Shown in pieces: positions 1 through 13,500 of a DNA stretch of 64,000 bases. Within the stretch, counting starts at the first letter, position 1, and each line of letters begins with the position of its first letter. Made by a program: the position numbers and the translations under genes. The DNA lies in the NCBI GenBank assembly GCA_013239625.1, contig MU053304.1, forward strand, positions 62,001 through 126,000. The letters run 5' to 3'. Source of the stretch: Lama guanicoe. Its lineage: Eukaryota. The notes under the pieces were generated by a model. That model did no database searches. It had not been told where the DNA came from and saw only the letters and a list, made by a program, of their open reading frames with translations.

Positions 1-1389
1 TCGTAACAAGATAGGAACTCAAGAAATATCTGTCCAGTGAGGGTTGGAAATCATGACTGAGTCTGCTTTTTTAACAACTTCCGGAATAATACTACATGCA
101 TTCCTTCTAATTTTTGAAAATTATGAGTAAATGATGATGTGACATGCCTAAAGGAAGGTGAGCACATGAAAAGTTATAAAGTTTAGGGCTATAATAACAA
201 GCTGCTCAGCAAAGTTACTCTGGTACTTAATGATACATGTTAGATTTTATGTGTATGCTAACAAGCTACAAACGGTGATCAGCTCCTACAAGTGGGTGTA
301 ATTAGTGTTACTTATACACATCTAGGTCAAGTTTTCAAGTCCTGTCTCTTGTTCATGCCTTGGGATGCATAAATGTGGATTGTTTTCCCTGAGTCCAGAT
401 GAAATTAAAGTGCGATAACTGAATCAATTTCTCTCAAAGGCAAGACTTCCATACCCCATGACTGGGAATTCCTGCGCTCCCAGTGTTCCCTGAAAGCTAG
501 AGACTCCACTCTCCTCCAGAGGTCACCCTAGGAAGCCTCGGTGCTGAATGGCTCAAAACAGCACAGATTCTTGGCTGTGGATTTATTTATAAATGAGGCG
601 GAGAGATTGAAATGAAAATTTTGCTAATATGATTATTATGAAACTGGTAACTGAGAAAAAGGGGAAAATCTGACAGGATGATAAATACTCTTCAAGCCTC
701 CCTGATTCTAGAACTATCTCCACGGCTGAAGTAATGCACTGTCTGTCAACATTTAACTGGAAGCCCTGAATTTCTAGTAAAAGCCTTCTTATGCTGTTTA
801 TCATTACCCTAATTCTTACGGTGGCAGAGATCACATAGAGAAATTCTGTTCTCTTTGGTCTTAGTGCAGTTGGATTTCCTTATAATTATTCATGTCAGGC
901 CAGCTCAAACAATGCCTGGAAGCTATACACAGGAGGTAAGAGCAACAAAAAACACTAGTAAAGTTACAAATGTTCTCCGAGGATGGGAAAAAGCAACAAT
1001 AGTTCTCAGCACCATTTCAAATACAATGGGTTTCTTATTGAGTTTAACAAGCACAAAGAAGGACTTTAGTTTGGGGCGGGAGCTCACCCTTCAGTCTCAA
1101 TGTTAGCAAGAGTTTAGCAAGAAGCTTTTAACCACGTTTCTCAGTCATTTTACATTTTAAGACCCTTATTAGTATTTTTTTTATAACGGCTAATGCAAAC
1201 AGGAATAGTCTATAGTTTAACATACTGAACAATATGAAAGATGAAGAAATAATCCAAGACAGAGTCACTGGGACATTTCAGGAGCCCTAGCCCAACTGTG
1301 AGAGAGAGAGACAGAGAGAAAGAGAAAGAGAAAGGGAGACCTACTCCCAGCACACAGGCAGAGAACTCCTGACAGGTATTTCTGTCACA

Positions 1390-1950
1390 GGTGCCCTTAT
1401 CCACAGGCGACTGGAAAGAGGATAAATTGGTATGATCTTTCTGGAAGGGAATGTGGCAATGTTTCAAAATTCTAAGTATGTCTTTATTTCTGACCTTATC
1501 ATCACAGTTCCAGGACTGGCCTAAGGAAACAACCAGAGATCAAGGTAAAGATTTATGAATAAAGATGGCCACGGCACTATTTACAGTATCAAAAAACCAG
1601 AAATTAAATATTCACAACTGGGGCATGGTTAAATGTTTAAGAGCATACTTGTATGATGGAATATTATTACATAGGCATTATAATATTTTAAAGAATTTTG
1701 AGTGACATGGGAGAAAGCATTCTATAACATTAAAATTATATGTATGTTATGCTGACCACTCCTCCCTCCTGCCATGAAGTGACAAAGGGGAGATTAATGA
1801 AAAATCATAATATACCAAAATATTAACAGTGGTTATTTCTCGGTAACGGGATTATAAGTGATTTTGATCCTTCTTTATACTCTTGTATTTTCTAAATTTT
1901 CTAACCCTAGAATATACTCACATGCTTTTCTATAAGCACAAGAATATATT
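1390..1950 (+). mobile_element. Old LINE-1 (L1MC/ME-like) 3' fragment
   Basis: Degenerate L1 ORF2-end and 3'UTR motifs (aaattggtatgatctttctggaaggg, tacttgtatgatggaatattat). Boundaries approximate. Confidence 0.6.
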
Positions 1951-2099
1951 TTCGCTTTTAAAATCGGATTTAAAGCTTCCTTTCCAAGGAAAGAGTGGGG
2001 ATCAAAGGGGCCTCACTAAGAACTCGGCAGGAGGAAGTGTTTGTCACCCTCCTGTCTGTCTGGTGCCATCTGGCTGCTCATTTTAGAGACCTCACCCCC

Positions 2100-3050
2100 A
2101 CTCCCAATATAGCTCATTCTCCTGCAGCTTAAGGACCTTAGATGCCGCTGGCTCCCAAAGGACTACCTCTAGGTGAGCCTTCCCCACTGACCTCCAGACT
2201 TCTATGCCCACATCTCGACCTGTTTTGTCTTCAGCTGGCCCCTCAAACTCAACAGACCCTAAACGGAAGTCATCTACTTTCTTAACTCTCCTATGCAAGG
2301 TGTTTCCTGTCAGTACTTGGTACTGCATCAATGCCCGTGCCTAAACCTGAAACCTGATTCCCGGATTCATCTCTCCTCCCTCACCTCAATTTGCCAAGGC
2401 TTGCCAATCTTCCGTCCTCTCTTGGATCTGTAATTTTCTCTCTCCCCACAGTCTCTATCTCAGGTCGGGCCCTTTCTCTCTTGGAATACAAGCTTCCTTC
2501 ATTTTTTTCTCTTTTAGTCTGCTCTCCACACTACAGCCAGTAAGCTCTTTCTAAACCACTGCTCTGATCACAACACTTCTGTATCTGAAATCATTCCACG
2601 GCTCCCTTGGCCCATTCCTAAAGACTTCAAGGCCCAGCCCCTGCCTCCTCCTCTTCCAGCTGCTCCCTCTCTTCGCACTCCACGCCACACAACCCGGAAC
2701 ATTTGACGATGCCCAAAGGTGCCATCTCTCACCCCTGCCACGCCTGTGCCAGCAGCTTGCCTGAAAGGCCCTCCCTTGCACTCGGAGACTGGTTAGCCCC
2801 CCAAGTCTTTTAAGAGACTTGGGGTACACAATGCCCCTGCTGGGAAGTCTTCTCTGATCCTGAACCGGGCCGGGCCTCTTCAGCACAGTCTCACCCCACT
2901 CTGGGACAGCTGTGTCACAATACTTTACATTTTCTGTGCGGTCTGCGGGCTTCTTCACTCCACTGTAAACTTAAGCATCAGGACTGTTCATTTCCAGCCC
3001 CTACCACATCCTTGCTTTCAGTACCCAATGAATGCTGTCTGAAGACACAG
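2100..3050 (+). mobile_element. LINE-2 fragment
   Basis: Pyrimidine-rich L2-like text (ctgatcacaacacttct...ttccacggctccc) ending in aatgaatg-like tail. Boundaries approximate. Confidence 0.5.
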
Positions 3051-3829
3051 TGAATGAAACACTCTATGAGAAAACAGAGACCAGTTCTGCAAACACAGCC
3101 AACCACCTGACCAACAGGTTACTCTCGTGCTTAAGTGATGACATAAATAATAAGATCAAGGAAGAGCCAGGTAGGATGATTATGCCCATCCTTCTTACCT
3201 TGCACCAAACATCATAAAATTAAATATTATCTTGTATAAAAATTCCAGAGAGCTGGAATGCTTATTTCTTAAAAACAGCTATATTATAGAGAAGGAACAG
3301 AAACATTCTTAACTATATTTTTAAATGCATGATTTAATAAAACATGTTGTTATACATAGCAGTTGGGGGTGGGGTGCGGGGAGAGACACCATAGAGCTTC
3401 CTTAGAGCTACGTTTTGCTATGACAGTCCCCACCTTCAGGGCCCCTACAAGATGGCGGAGCCAGCAACTCTGCAAGTGGGCTCGGGGAGACGGGGTGGGT
3501 GGGATGAAACCTGACTGTGAGAAGGCTGCCGAGCTTGCAGAGGTGGGAAATTAAGAACCACTGCTCTCTTTGCTTCAGGCTAATCAAAGCTACCTGACTG
3601 TAAATAGGGTAAGGGAACTGGTGCTAAACGGATTCATTCCTTTACTTCTAGCCTCCAACTGGACCTGCTAAGCATGGTACTAATCAAAGGAATAATTTAC
3701 TTAATTGCATGAAACCATCCCGAGGGATAACTTAGCACAACAGCTCTCCATTCCCCAGCCCAATTTCCCCGTGCAGTGATGATGAGCTGCTAAAAGCTGG
3801 CCGGGTAAGAGAGCTGCATTTCATGTGAG

Positions 3830-4152
3830 CAGGCGTCAGTAGGCTATGGACCACAGGTCAAATCTGGCCCGCACCTGCTTTTTGTATGGCCTATGTGCTA
3901 AAAATGGTTTTTACATTTTTTAAATGATTCAAAAATAATCAAAGGAAGAAGACTATTTTGTGACATGAAAATTATACGAAATTCAAATTTCAGTGTCCTT
4001 AAAGCTGTGCTGGAACACAGCCACACTCGTTCGTCTGTCCCTGGCTGCTTTCACACTATAACAGCAGAGTTGAGTAGCTAGGACAGAGGCCAGATGGCCC
4101 ACAAAGCCTAAAATATTTGCTATCTGGCTCTTTACAGGGTCTGTCAACCCTG
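3830..4152 (+). mobile_element. MER58B-like hAT-Charlie non-autonomous DNA transposon
   Basis: CAGG...CCTG termini; internal motifs aaatctggccc, gaacacagccac and gcccacaaagcctaaaatattt match the recalled MER58 consensus. Confidence 0.8.
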
Positions 4153-7100
4153 ACTTAGAGGCTGGGCTAGGCCAAGGTCATCCATGATAGCGTCCCACGG
4201 CAGCATGGGTCTCAAGGTATTCAAAAATTGTTTCCATTAACAAGTTTATCTTCACAATCAAGTCCCCTCAAAGAAACTGCCTGAAGTTTGAGTTTCAAAA
4301 CTGTGCCATGTGGGATTCATATAAGATACAGCTGAGAATTTAGTCAAGGCTCCTACAGTTTGGAGGAATTTGCCTATGAAGATGGAAAGCGATATTAAAT
4401 TTTCTTCACTGCAACTTTCTCTAAATTCAGGAAGTCAGTGGCTCAGCAGGAGCCATTCACACCCCCTGACCACCTGCCGGGCCCCTTTCCTGCAGGGCGA
4501 CTCCTTCTCCAGGAGCCCTCCCACAGAGCGGCCTCTAAGCACAATCACCTGACAAGGAGGGAAGGCGGGCTGGAGAGAAAGTGCCAGAAAGCCAGAGGTG
4601 TAGTGTCCTGAAAACAGTCAATATTCTCTAAGTGTTTTTGTTTGGGGGCTCTACTTAGCTCCCTTCCCCTGCTGTCCTTTCTGAAGGCAAAGGCCAAGGC
4701 ACAGAACTCCAAGAACAGCCGAGGCTTTGTCAACATGCCACGTCATCATCGGACACTGTCATCCCCACCATGAGGAGGGAGTAAGATTTGAGTGTGCACA
4801 ACAGAAGTGCCAGGGAGCTCGCGCACTCTGAGGCCTGTCAGGCAGGCCTTAGTTGTGGAGCAAGACCCAGAGGAAGGAGTGGGGGCTCCTCACAGTTCCC
4901 CTTCCCCAGTGCACAAGATATGCATATAATTATAAACCATTATGATTACTTTGACTACAAACTTAAAAGGAGTCTCCTTCTAAGAAAGAGGAATGATGCG
5001 TGTTGTAAGAAAATAAAATAAAACAAGCATCTGTGTTAAATTCTAGATTTAACATGGCAGCAGAAAACATGGAGCTAGGAGGAAACCACCTGGAAGGAAT
5101 AGTGTTCAGTGAATCCAACAAAAAGCACACAGAACGCATCGGGCACCTGCATTTCCTTTGGGGCAGCGAAACAAAGGTGTCCTTTCACTGAGCCAGAACC
5201 TATTAGAACAAGGTTCATACTCTAGGTTAAAGAGACATTTGGGGGGAAAAAAAGAGAGAGAGACATTTGGAACAGGGAATGTGACCTTGAGGGCAGCGTT
5301 TCCCATCTGTTTCACATCACAGTACATGCAGAAGTTGCTAATACCTGACCGTATACTGGGTAAGCACAGGACTGCAGGCAGAGGGTCCCAGGGGATTGGA
5401 GCCAGCCCAGGTGGCCCTGAGCCTGAGGGTGCACTATCTCAGGCACGGGCCAGGCAGCACTGTCCTAAGCTGCTCCCTGCAATCACCCAGTGATCGAATC
5501 GCTGTGTTTCTGTGGTTACTGTGACTCCGAACCAGTCTGTCCCTGACTCAACAGTCACCATGCTCGTGTCCTCCACTCATTCTGAAGATCATCATGGTAA
5601 ACTGATTTTTCAGAAAGGCAAAACTGCTGGTTTAGCAGATTTATTCTGCATTCAAGGGCATGCAGTGTGACATGGATGTTGTCCCCTCTCACAGGGGCCT
5701 CTCATAGAACCTCTCTAATTGAGGCTAGGGTAGAAGGACATATTTTTTAGGACTGCCACCAAAAATGAGGACACAGTGAACTGGGGCAAACAAAGCATCA
5801 GAGAGCAACTCCAAACAGCAGGCTATGCCAAAAGCACTGAGGAAAAATGGATTTTTGTGAGGGCAAATGCAGGCAGTAGGCACAGGAGAACAAATGCAGT
5901 GACTTCTGAATGGGCCATTTAGCTGATTTATAAAGGACCTCGCCAGTGTCCCTTGCTGCAGGAGACAGATGTGCTCCTTCTTCTAAAGCTGTGGTCCACG
6001 CACTTGTTTTCTGGGGAACCAAGGGATCAACCCCCAGGAAGCAATTTCATTATTTTCAAACCTTAATTAACTGGAACCTAATTAGGACTTGAGGGTTTTT
6101 TCTCTCACTTTGAAGGAAAACTTTTCTCTTTCAAGTCAGCGTGGTATAAATGGAAGAAAAGTGAACAAAGAATTGGCTATCTAGATTTCTTGCATATAAG
6201 CAATTCATTTAACCTTTGGGGGTTTCAGCTTTCTAATCTATAAATTGAGAGGGCCAATGAGCTACAGATATCTGTAGCTATTTTCTGCAATCAAATTCTG
6301 ATTCTGACACATGCTAACAGATCATCAATCAGATACTGTGAACATTCTTCTCCCCTGACTACCATACCCCTGGTAATGAGAGCTGAGATCACTGATGGTC
6401 TTCCACAGTTTTTAGAGTATTTAACACGTTTAATTCAATTGAATTTTATAGCACTCTGATGGGGAAGGTGTCTAAAATGGTATAACAAAAACCCTCTCAC
6501 TTGCTGTGCTTGAAGCAGTGGTTGGCTAGTTCTGCCAGAAGCTGGCTAAAAAGGAGACTCATTCAGAAGAGACAGACATGTAACCCAACATCTGTGATAA
6601 AGTTAATTTATAAATATACATTCATTCACTTTAAAAAATGTAAATATTTTAAAAAAGAGTATGCTAATTGGATTTCTACATACTTTCTTCTGAATCAACT
6701 ACTCATAATTTATTGTCTATAATTTATTACTTTTGTTTCTTTAAAAGACTGAGAACTTACATGTCTGTAAAGCAATCTAAGTACAGAATTCCTTTTGAAA
6801 TTTATGGTTTTTCCCCACTCTTCTATAGCTGTCACACCCAAACATCAGAATTTTTGAAGATTCATCTTCAACAAGTGCTTCCAAACAATTTAACTTAGTT
6901 TGCACAGAAACAAGAGCTTTTTAAAAATGCTCTTATTTGATCAGTTTACCTAACATTCAGTTAAACTGCATAATTATAACGACATGTACAGCTGGCATAG
7001 CCAGGATGGGAATGAGGAGGGTTGTCCCGGGATGTACACAGCTCTCCTGGTGGGAGCCAGAGGTGGAGGAAGCACAGCCGGCGTGTGCAGCGCGCCGTGG

Positions 7101-8750
7101 GCCCTGGTCACTGTGTCGTGCAGAAGGAATGGTGAGCGCAGGCTGAAATGGCCGTTGGGCGGCCGGGTGAGGGGTTCAAGGAGCAGGTGGAGAGGCTGGC
7201 CTGGGGCCTGAGAAGAAGGGAAGGGCTGAACTGGTTTTGGCGGCATCAGCATCTAATCAGTAGTTAAAATCTTAAGAATTGTAAGGAAAGAGGAACTCAT
7301 TCAGGCAGGGAGTGTGGATAGAGAACAACAAAAAGAGGAGAAAGAGGGCATGGTAGACTCTAGGGAGTGCCACCCTACAGGGTGAGCAGAGTAAGAGGCT
7401 TCAGCAAAGGGACCAGCAGGACATGAAGAGAAGCAGAGAACTAGGAGGTGAGCTTTGCAGGATGGGAGTCAGAAGCAAGAACCGACCGGAGTCCTTGGAT
7501 CTGACAACAGCAGCCACTGGTGAATGAGAATTAGGGCGTTCACACCCCACGAAATATCCCACTAAAGGAAGGAGAGGAGATATTCTGTCTGCTCCCGTGC
7601 CTGCGGCCCTCTTCCATCAGCTCTGCTGTCTTCCTGTAATGGCATTCCTGATCCGTTGGTTTTGCTGAGGCTGCCTGAGCCCAGGCAAGGGAGAGGGGAG
7701 CATGAGAGCCAGGCAAGGGGTGGGGAGCATGATAGTCCCAGAAGATGCCTTGGGACAGGCAGGACGGATTCTCCACTTGTTCCGAGAGCTGCTAATTTAT
7801 TTGCAGGCCCAGGGCAGCAACTGTTTGCAATGCCTTCTGAGAAGCATTTGTGTAAGATTATCACAAAATGTAGGATGAAGTGAAATCTTCAATTAGAAAG
7901 TTTTAAAACAATGCCTTTGGGATCTCCCCAAGCTGAAAGTCTCAGAGGAAGTCTCTGCGGGGCTGCGCTCGGCCAGCAGGCTGACAAACAGCTCCATCAG
8001 CCAATCCTGCTGCCCCACTCATTTTTCAAACACGATATACAGAGACCAGGTTAGGAGAGCGAGTTCTCTGGAGCTTGGGTAAGAAATATGAGAAGAAAAA
8101 GACTGCACAGGACAGAACACAGGCTCTACTCTATAATGTACTGACAAGTGACGAGGAAAGAATTCCTGGATCGTAAGAGTCACAACTGTTAGACATGGAA
8201 ATTGACCAGGTTTGAGTGGCAGCTGCCTGAGTCGCAGAGGGCTCAGCATGGCTGTGATCCTCAGAGTAACCAGGACCGTCCTGGGCTGTCATTTTCTTAA
8301 ACAGCCAACATTCTACAGTCTCCTCCGTTCTCTGCTTCTTCAAATATTAATCTGAGATTTGTAAACATACAACTCTTTTTGGAAGCCAAGGGATAAGAAG
8401 AAACACTTTTTAAAGAAAGCCTAACAATCAGATACTGGTTAACTGCCTTCTAAACTTCCATGTTTCCTTTTCCCAACTCCAGTTAGAAGGATTTGAGGTA
8501 AAAACTGAGATGAGGACCAAGCACTGAATACTGCCTCACCAGGGAAGACCAGCTGGGAGTTTTGGTCACAGAGCCACTCACACAGACACCACCCTTTCGC
8601 CCTGTGGATGTGGGAGTTAGTTCCCACTGTTGTAGTGCGGTGACTGAGGGAAGAGGGAAGAGCCCAGGACTGCCACGCTAAATCTCATGCCTGCTGGGTT
8701 CTGGCAGAAGTCAAATCTGTCGGTTGTGCTGAAAAAAAGAAGAGACTAAC

Positions 8751-8984
8751 CTGATCCAGACGCAGCGCGCCATCCACAAACCGCTGTTTGCGTAATTCCT
8801 TTGCGATTCCGTGGAGGTTTAAGACAGCCCGGTGCACCTCCTCCCGGGTGTGCTCTGGGGAGATGGGGGGCAGCTCCTCCTTGGGGACGCTCTTTGTCGG
8901 GCTTTCAATCATGCTCTGTGCATGTTCATAGCTCAGTTTGGTGCAGGAGCGGATGATGGTCCGGCCAAACCATTCATCAATGAT
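8751..8984 (-). CDS. DIS3L2: DIS3L2 coding exon (human exon 13 equivalent), 234 bp, [27 protein letters not shown]...[15 protein letters not shown]
   Basis: Acceptor tctttgcag|ATC, donor CAG|gttagt. 78 codons without a stop. Phase 0-0. Confidence 0.97.
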
Positions 8985-9508
8985 CTGCAAAGATGGTGAG
9001 GTTGTTAGAAAGTCATGAGGAGAATTTTCTTCAGGTTTTTCTTTCACGCGACCATACATCCACACACATTCCACAGAGATTCACTGAGCAACGACTTTGT
9101 GCTCAGAATGCTGTTTAGTTCCGGGCACAAAAACCTATCAGATGCGGAAGCTGTTGCCCTCAGGGCGCTCAGGGCATGGACTTCACAGGCAGTGGAAGTT
9201 GATGAAAGTTCTCTAAGCACACGGGAGGCACAGGCCAGGCCAAGCAAGAGACCTGAGGGGAAGGGCCTGTTGAAAGCTTTTTCATTAGTTTGGGTGAGTG
9301 GTCATCAATGTCACACTGGAAGACAGAAGAGACAGATACCAAAGATGTGACAGATGGGGCTCTTAATGGACCGGATGGGGGATGAAGGAGAAGGTGGGGC
9401 CACTGACAGAAACAGAGAACGCAAGTGCAAAGCAGGACAGAGGAAGAAAGAAAAAAACATTCCAATTTGTTCTATTTAGAGCATTTGTGTAGAAATGAAG
9501 GTCCAGAA

Positions 9509-9719
9509 CAGGGGCTCTCAACCTTGGCACTACTGTGCTGACTAACTCTCTGTCATGGAGGCTGCTCGTTACACCATAAAGCATTTAGTGGTATCCTTGG
9601 ACTCTAACTGCTAGATGCTGGTAGCACTTCCCCCAAACCCCAAACTGACAACCCAAAATGTCTCCAGGAATTGCTAAATGTCCCTTGGGAGTAAACTCAG
9701 CCAAGGCTGAGATCCACTA
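9509..9719 (+). mobile_element. MER20-like hAT-Charlie element
   Basis: caggggctctcaaccttggcact...ctagatgctggtagcac...aaatgtctccaggaattgctaaatgtcccttggg...gagatccact. Confidence 0.8.
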
Positions 9720-10264
9720 GGCTCAAAGCAGATACCCCCACGTTCAGTGGTGGTGCTCTCTGACTGCTGGGATTGTGGTTGATTTGTGTTTATCCTTTCA
9801 GTTTGTCCTTATTTTCTGTAACAAGCATGTATTATTTTTAAAACAAAAATAAAACAAACATTAAAATATTTTGGGGACTCCTAAGTCTGAGATGCAGGGA
9901 GGAGAGTCAGATGGGGATATGCAGCAGGCAGCTGGGGTGTGCGCCTGGGGCTTAGGGAGATGACTGGTCTGGAGGGAGGGAGCTGGACCATCAACCGGAG
10001 GGTCCAAGAAAGAAAGGGCAAGAGGAGAGTCGAGGCTGCATTCACTATCACTCCTCCATTTGAGGAGCAAAAAGAGAAGCTGGAGAATAGAAATAAACAG
10101 AAAACAAGACAGGTCAAAGAGACAGAAGAAAGATCAGGGGCATCCAATGTTAGAAGAAGCAGGAGAAAGGGCTTCAGAGAAGAGGTACTTGAAAGCAACA
10201 GCAGACACACAGCATTCCGATGAGAGAGGCACGGCTAATATACCTTCCATAGGGCAACTGAACT

Positions 10265-10430
10265 CCCACAGCAACCCTGTGAGGCAGGTATTTAATTATT
10301 TGCATTTTGCAAATGAGGAAACTAAGGCACAGACACATTAAATGACCTGCCTAAGGTCATAACTCTAGAGTGACAAGGCCAGGAACTGAACACAGGTATT
10401 CCCGCACCTGAGTCCAAACTCTTAACCACC
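10265..10430 (+). mobile_element. MIR SINE fragment
   Basis: MIR core cattttgcaaatgaggaaactaaggcacaga...aatgacctgcctaaggtca. Confidence 0.7.
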
Positions 10431-10451
10431 AGTGTATGTCAAATGCGACTT

Positions 10452-10544
10452 GGGGGGTGGGGTGGGGGATAGCTCAGTGGTAGAGTACATGCCTAGCATG
10501 CACAAGGTCCTGAGTTCAATCCCTAGTATCTCCATTAAAAAAAA
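10452..10544 (+). mobile_element. tRNA-derived SINE (camelid Vic-1-like)
   Basis: A-box tagctcagtgg, B-box-like gagttcaatcc, poly(A) tail. TSD aaatgcgactt (10441-10451) / aaatgccactt (10545-10555). Confidence 0.85.
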
Positions 10545-13500
10545 AAATGCCACTTGGACATCAAGGGAAGATGAAAACAAAGAAAAAGTCCTCACATTTA
10601 GCATTTGCTTACTGGTGATCTTTAGGAAGGCTCTTTCAGGGAGGAGAGCATGGGGCAGGGCAGGCGGGCAGAGTCAAACTGCAAAGATTTCAGGCATGTA
10701 CTGTGACTGGATTACAGGGATGATGCCAATAGTACTTCCCTCACCCTCAGAGCTCTGCCTTCCGTCAGCATGGCGCACACACCCCACGTGCCATTCCAAC
10801 AGCAACATCTTCTGCGTGTGTCACGATGGGGAAAAGCTTGGGTTAAGGACAGGTGACTGGCCCGCAGCGGAGGCAATGCAGTGAGTGTGGATGACAGCTT
10901 CCAGAAGGAGGGCAGAGGAGGGATGCTGCTGAGCACGCAGGACAGAGGACTGCGCCAAGTCTGCAGGGGAAGGGGAAGAAGCCAGCACAAAAGGAAGACT
11001 GAAGGGGCAAGAGAGCTAAGGGAGTGGGCCAAGAGGAGGTGACTCATCCAGGAGAGAGAAGGGGCCCTGGAGGGAAGGTGAGGGGGAGGTGATCTGGAGG
11101 GGAAGAGGGAAGCCGAGAGCGCTCGTATCAGACAGCCCCAATCTCTGGACACACATAAGGCACAGAATGAGGGGGGCTGCATGGGGTTCAAGGGCATGAA
11201 GAAAGTGGAGAAGCTCAGAGATAAATGCTGTGGGAAATGTGATTCACGAGCAGGGAAAAGCCAGACGTGCTGCATGGCAGAGGGGGCTTGGGAGAAGGAA
11301 GGGAGCTCCAACCAGCAGTGAAACTTTCAGCCTGGGCTTGCAAACATCCTCTGCCCTCTTCCTTTTCATCAGCTAAACCATTCTGTTCACAACCTCAGAG
11401 ACAACGCTTCCCGAAAGAGACCGTCTGCAAGGTCCACAGGTGTTCTCGGTAGGGAAAGAGGGCCTGGCCCAGAGCTGCCCACACCGCAAAGCCTCTGTGG
11501 GACACAGCTTCCACCCTGGATGGCTAGAGACCTCTCTGATAACCTTCTCCTCACTCTGAAGGAAGAACCAATCTTTTTTTTTCCCCCTGGAAGAAGCAAT
11601 ACTCTTAAAATGGCAGCCATGAAGCACAGGAAGGGAACGGTAGCAACCACTCACATTTTTCTTTGGTTCAGTGCAAAGAGCCTTATTCTGAAGAACCTTG
11701 GATCTGTAACATCAGACTTTAATTTTCTTTTCTAAAAAACCCTCAAACTATATTTTCTGGATTATTCCAAAAATGACTCCTTGCCAAAATACAAGTGATT
11801 CACATATTGTGCTCATGACTCTTCTGCTGTGGCGAGCGGGTCCTGAGTTTGGCTCTCGGGAGGTGTCTGTGTGCGCGCTAAACACGGGAGAAAGTGCAGA
11901 GCCAGTTCCAGGGATTGTTCAGCGGCCCCGCGGGGAAGCGGCGCGAGCAGGTCTCCAGAAGGGCCCCTTTCAAGGTCAGCCAGTGCTTGTCCTTCCATCA
12001 CATCCACATTTCCTGAAAACTCCCCACTAATGGAGTTGCTCCAACCTCCTCTAGGATGACAGGGCCACGACCTATTCATTCTTGTGGTCACAAAGTTTTC
12101 CCCTGGAGATTTAGCTTGTTTCCTTTTCTCCACTTCATTCCAAACCCAGTCAGTCAATCCTCCTCCTGTGTGTCCACATTTTGTCTGACCGTCTGTCTTG
12201 AGCATGCTTGGGGAAATTTTCCATTCCATTTGATTCCACTCCTCTCTTTCACACACTCCCCCAGGCATCCAGGTCACAGGGTATCTGGCCTCTTGGGGTC
12301 TGTGTCCTCTTTTCCTAGAAGACACAGGAAACCCCTGTACACTTACACAGGGTAACCACCGCACACAGGGCAGGGAGACTCGGCCCACTCTAACCGGCCA
12401 TCTATAGTCATGAAAACTGGTGGCTCAAGAAGTGCTTTAAAAATCTAATGAAAGTGTCAGGTCCTCTCTCCTGAAGTATTTATGCACACAGTTTTCAGTA
12501 AGTTCCACAGGGTTCCTAGATATCCTGCCATCCCAAGCTGAAGTATCCTGGCTCTCAACAGAGCTTTGTTGCACGCTCTGGACCCTCTTTTATGCTGCTG
12601 AGCCCTGACTAGGGGCCACTTGTAATCCTGAGGGGTTCTTAAAATTTATTAACTGTAACTTGGCCAAAAAAGAAGTCTCCCACTCCTCATCAAAACTCGC
12701 TAACCACACACATTGGCTGCACTGTCTCAGTTTTTTTCTTAACTGGCACCTCGGCCCCTTTAGCTTGTTTCCTTACCAGTCAGTGACAGATAGACACCCT
12801 TCTTAACAGCACACATGGACGCCACCAAATCCCAGGCAACAGCACTGATGAGGTGTTTCCTGTAGCTCTTTTACCTCACCTGAGCGCCCCCCACCCTGCC
12901 CACCTCCAATGCCTGCATTCCAGAAAACCTGTACCTTCTTTTTGAACATGCATAGAGCTGAAGTAGAAGCTGTGAAGAGCCAACAAGAACTTCCTGGCCC
13001 AGTGACACTCAGGCAGCAGAACCTATTCTGCTTTAAAACCATCCAGTTTTAAAGCCAAACCATACCTGACACATGGACTAAAAAAATTCTTAGGCCAGGA
13101 AAATGGGCCTGAAACCACACTGCAGGGAGGCAGCAAGGATGCCCGGCGCTGCCTTGCACAGAGAAGGGCAACAGGAAAGCAGAGACCCAAACGGGGGCGG
13201 TTCCCAGGGTGGCCTGCCTTACAGTATGGGAGGAAGGCCTCTCTGGATGGAACACCTCATTAATTTCTAATTTGGAAGCTGGATTCACATCAACGCCCTG
13301 TCCGTAACCAATGCCAGTGGCAGAAGACAAAAGGACAAAGAGTTTTTCATGGAAAAAGTAAAAAAGCTATGAGGAGCTTCATAAACAGAACCCTTCAAAG
13401 AAGAATCATGTCCTTCCTCTTCCCTTCGTTTCATCACAGGATTTGAGTCACCCCCTCTCTACAGGTGGCAAGTTTCTGCATACCCCCAGGACGCTACTGC

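Noticed and set aside
10452..10544. tRNA gene (also 24299-24410 and 28324-28463)
   Set aside because: A/B boxes are present, but A-rich tails, TSDs on two of the three copies and divergence among copies indicate SINEs.
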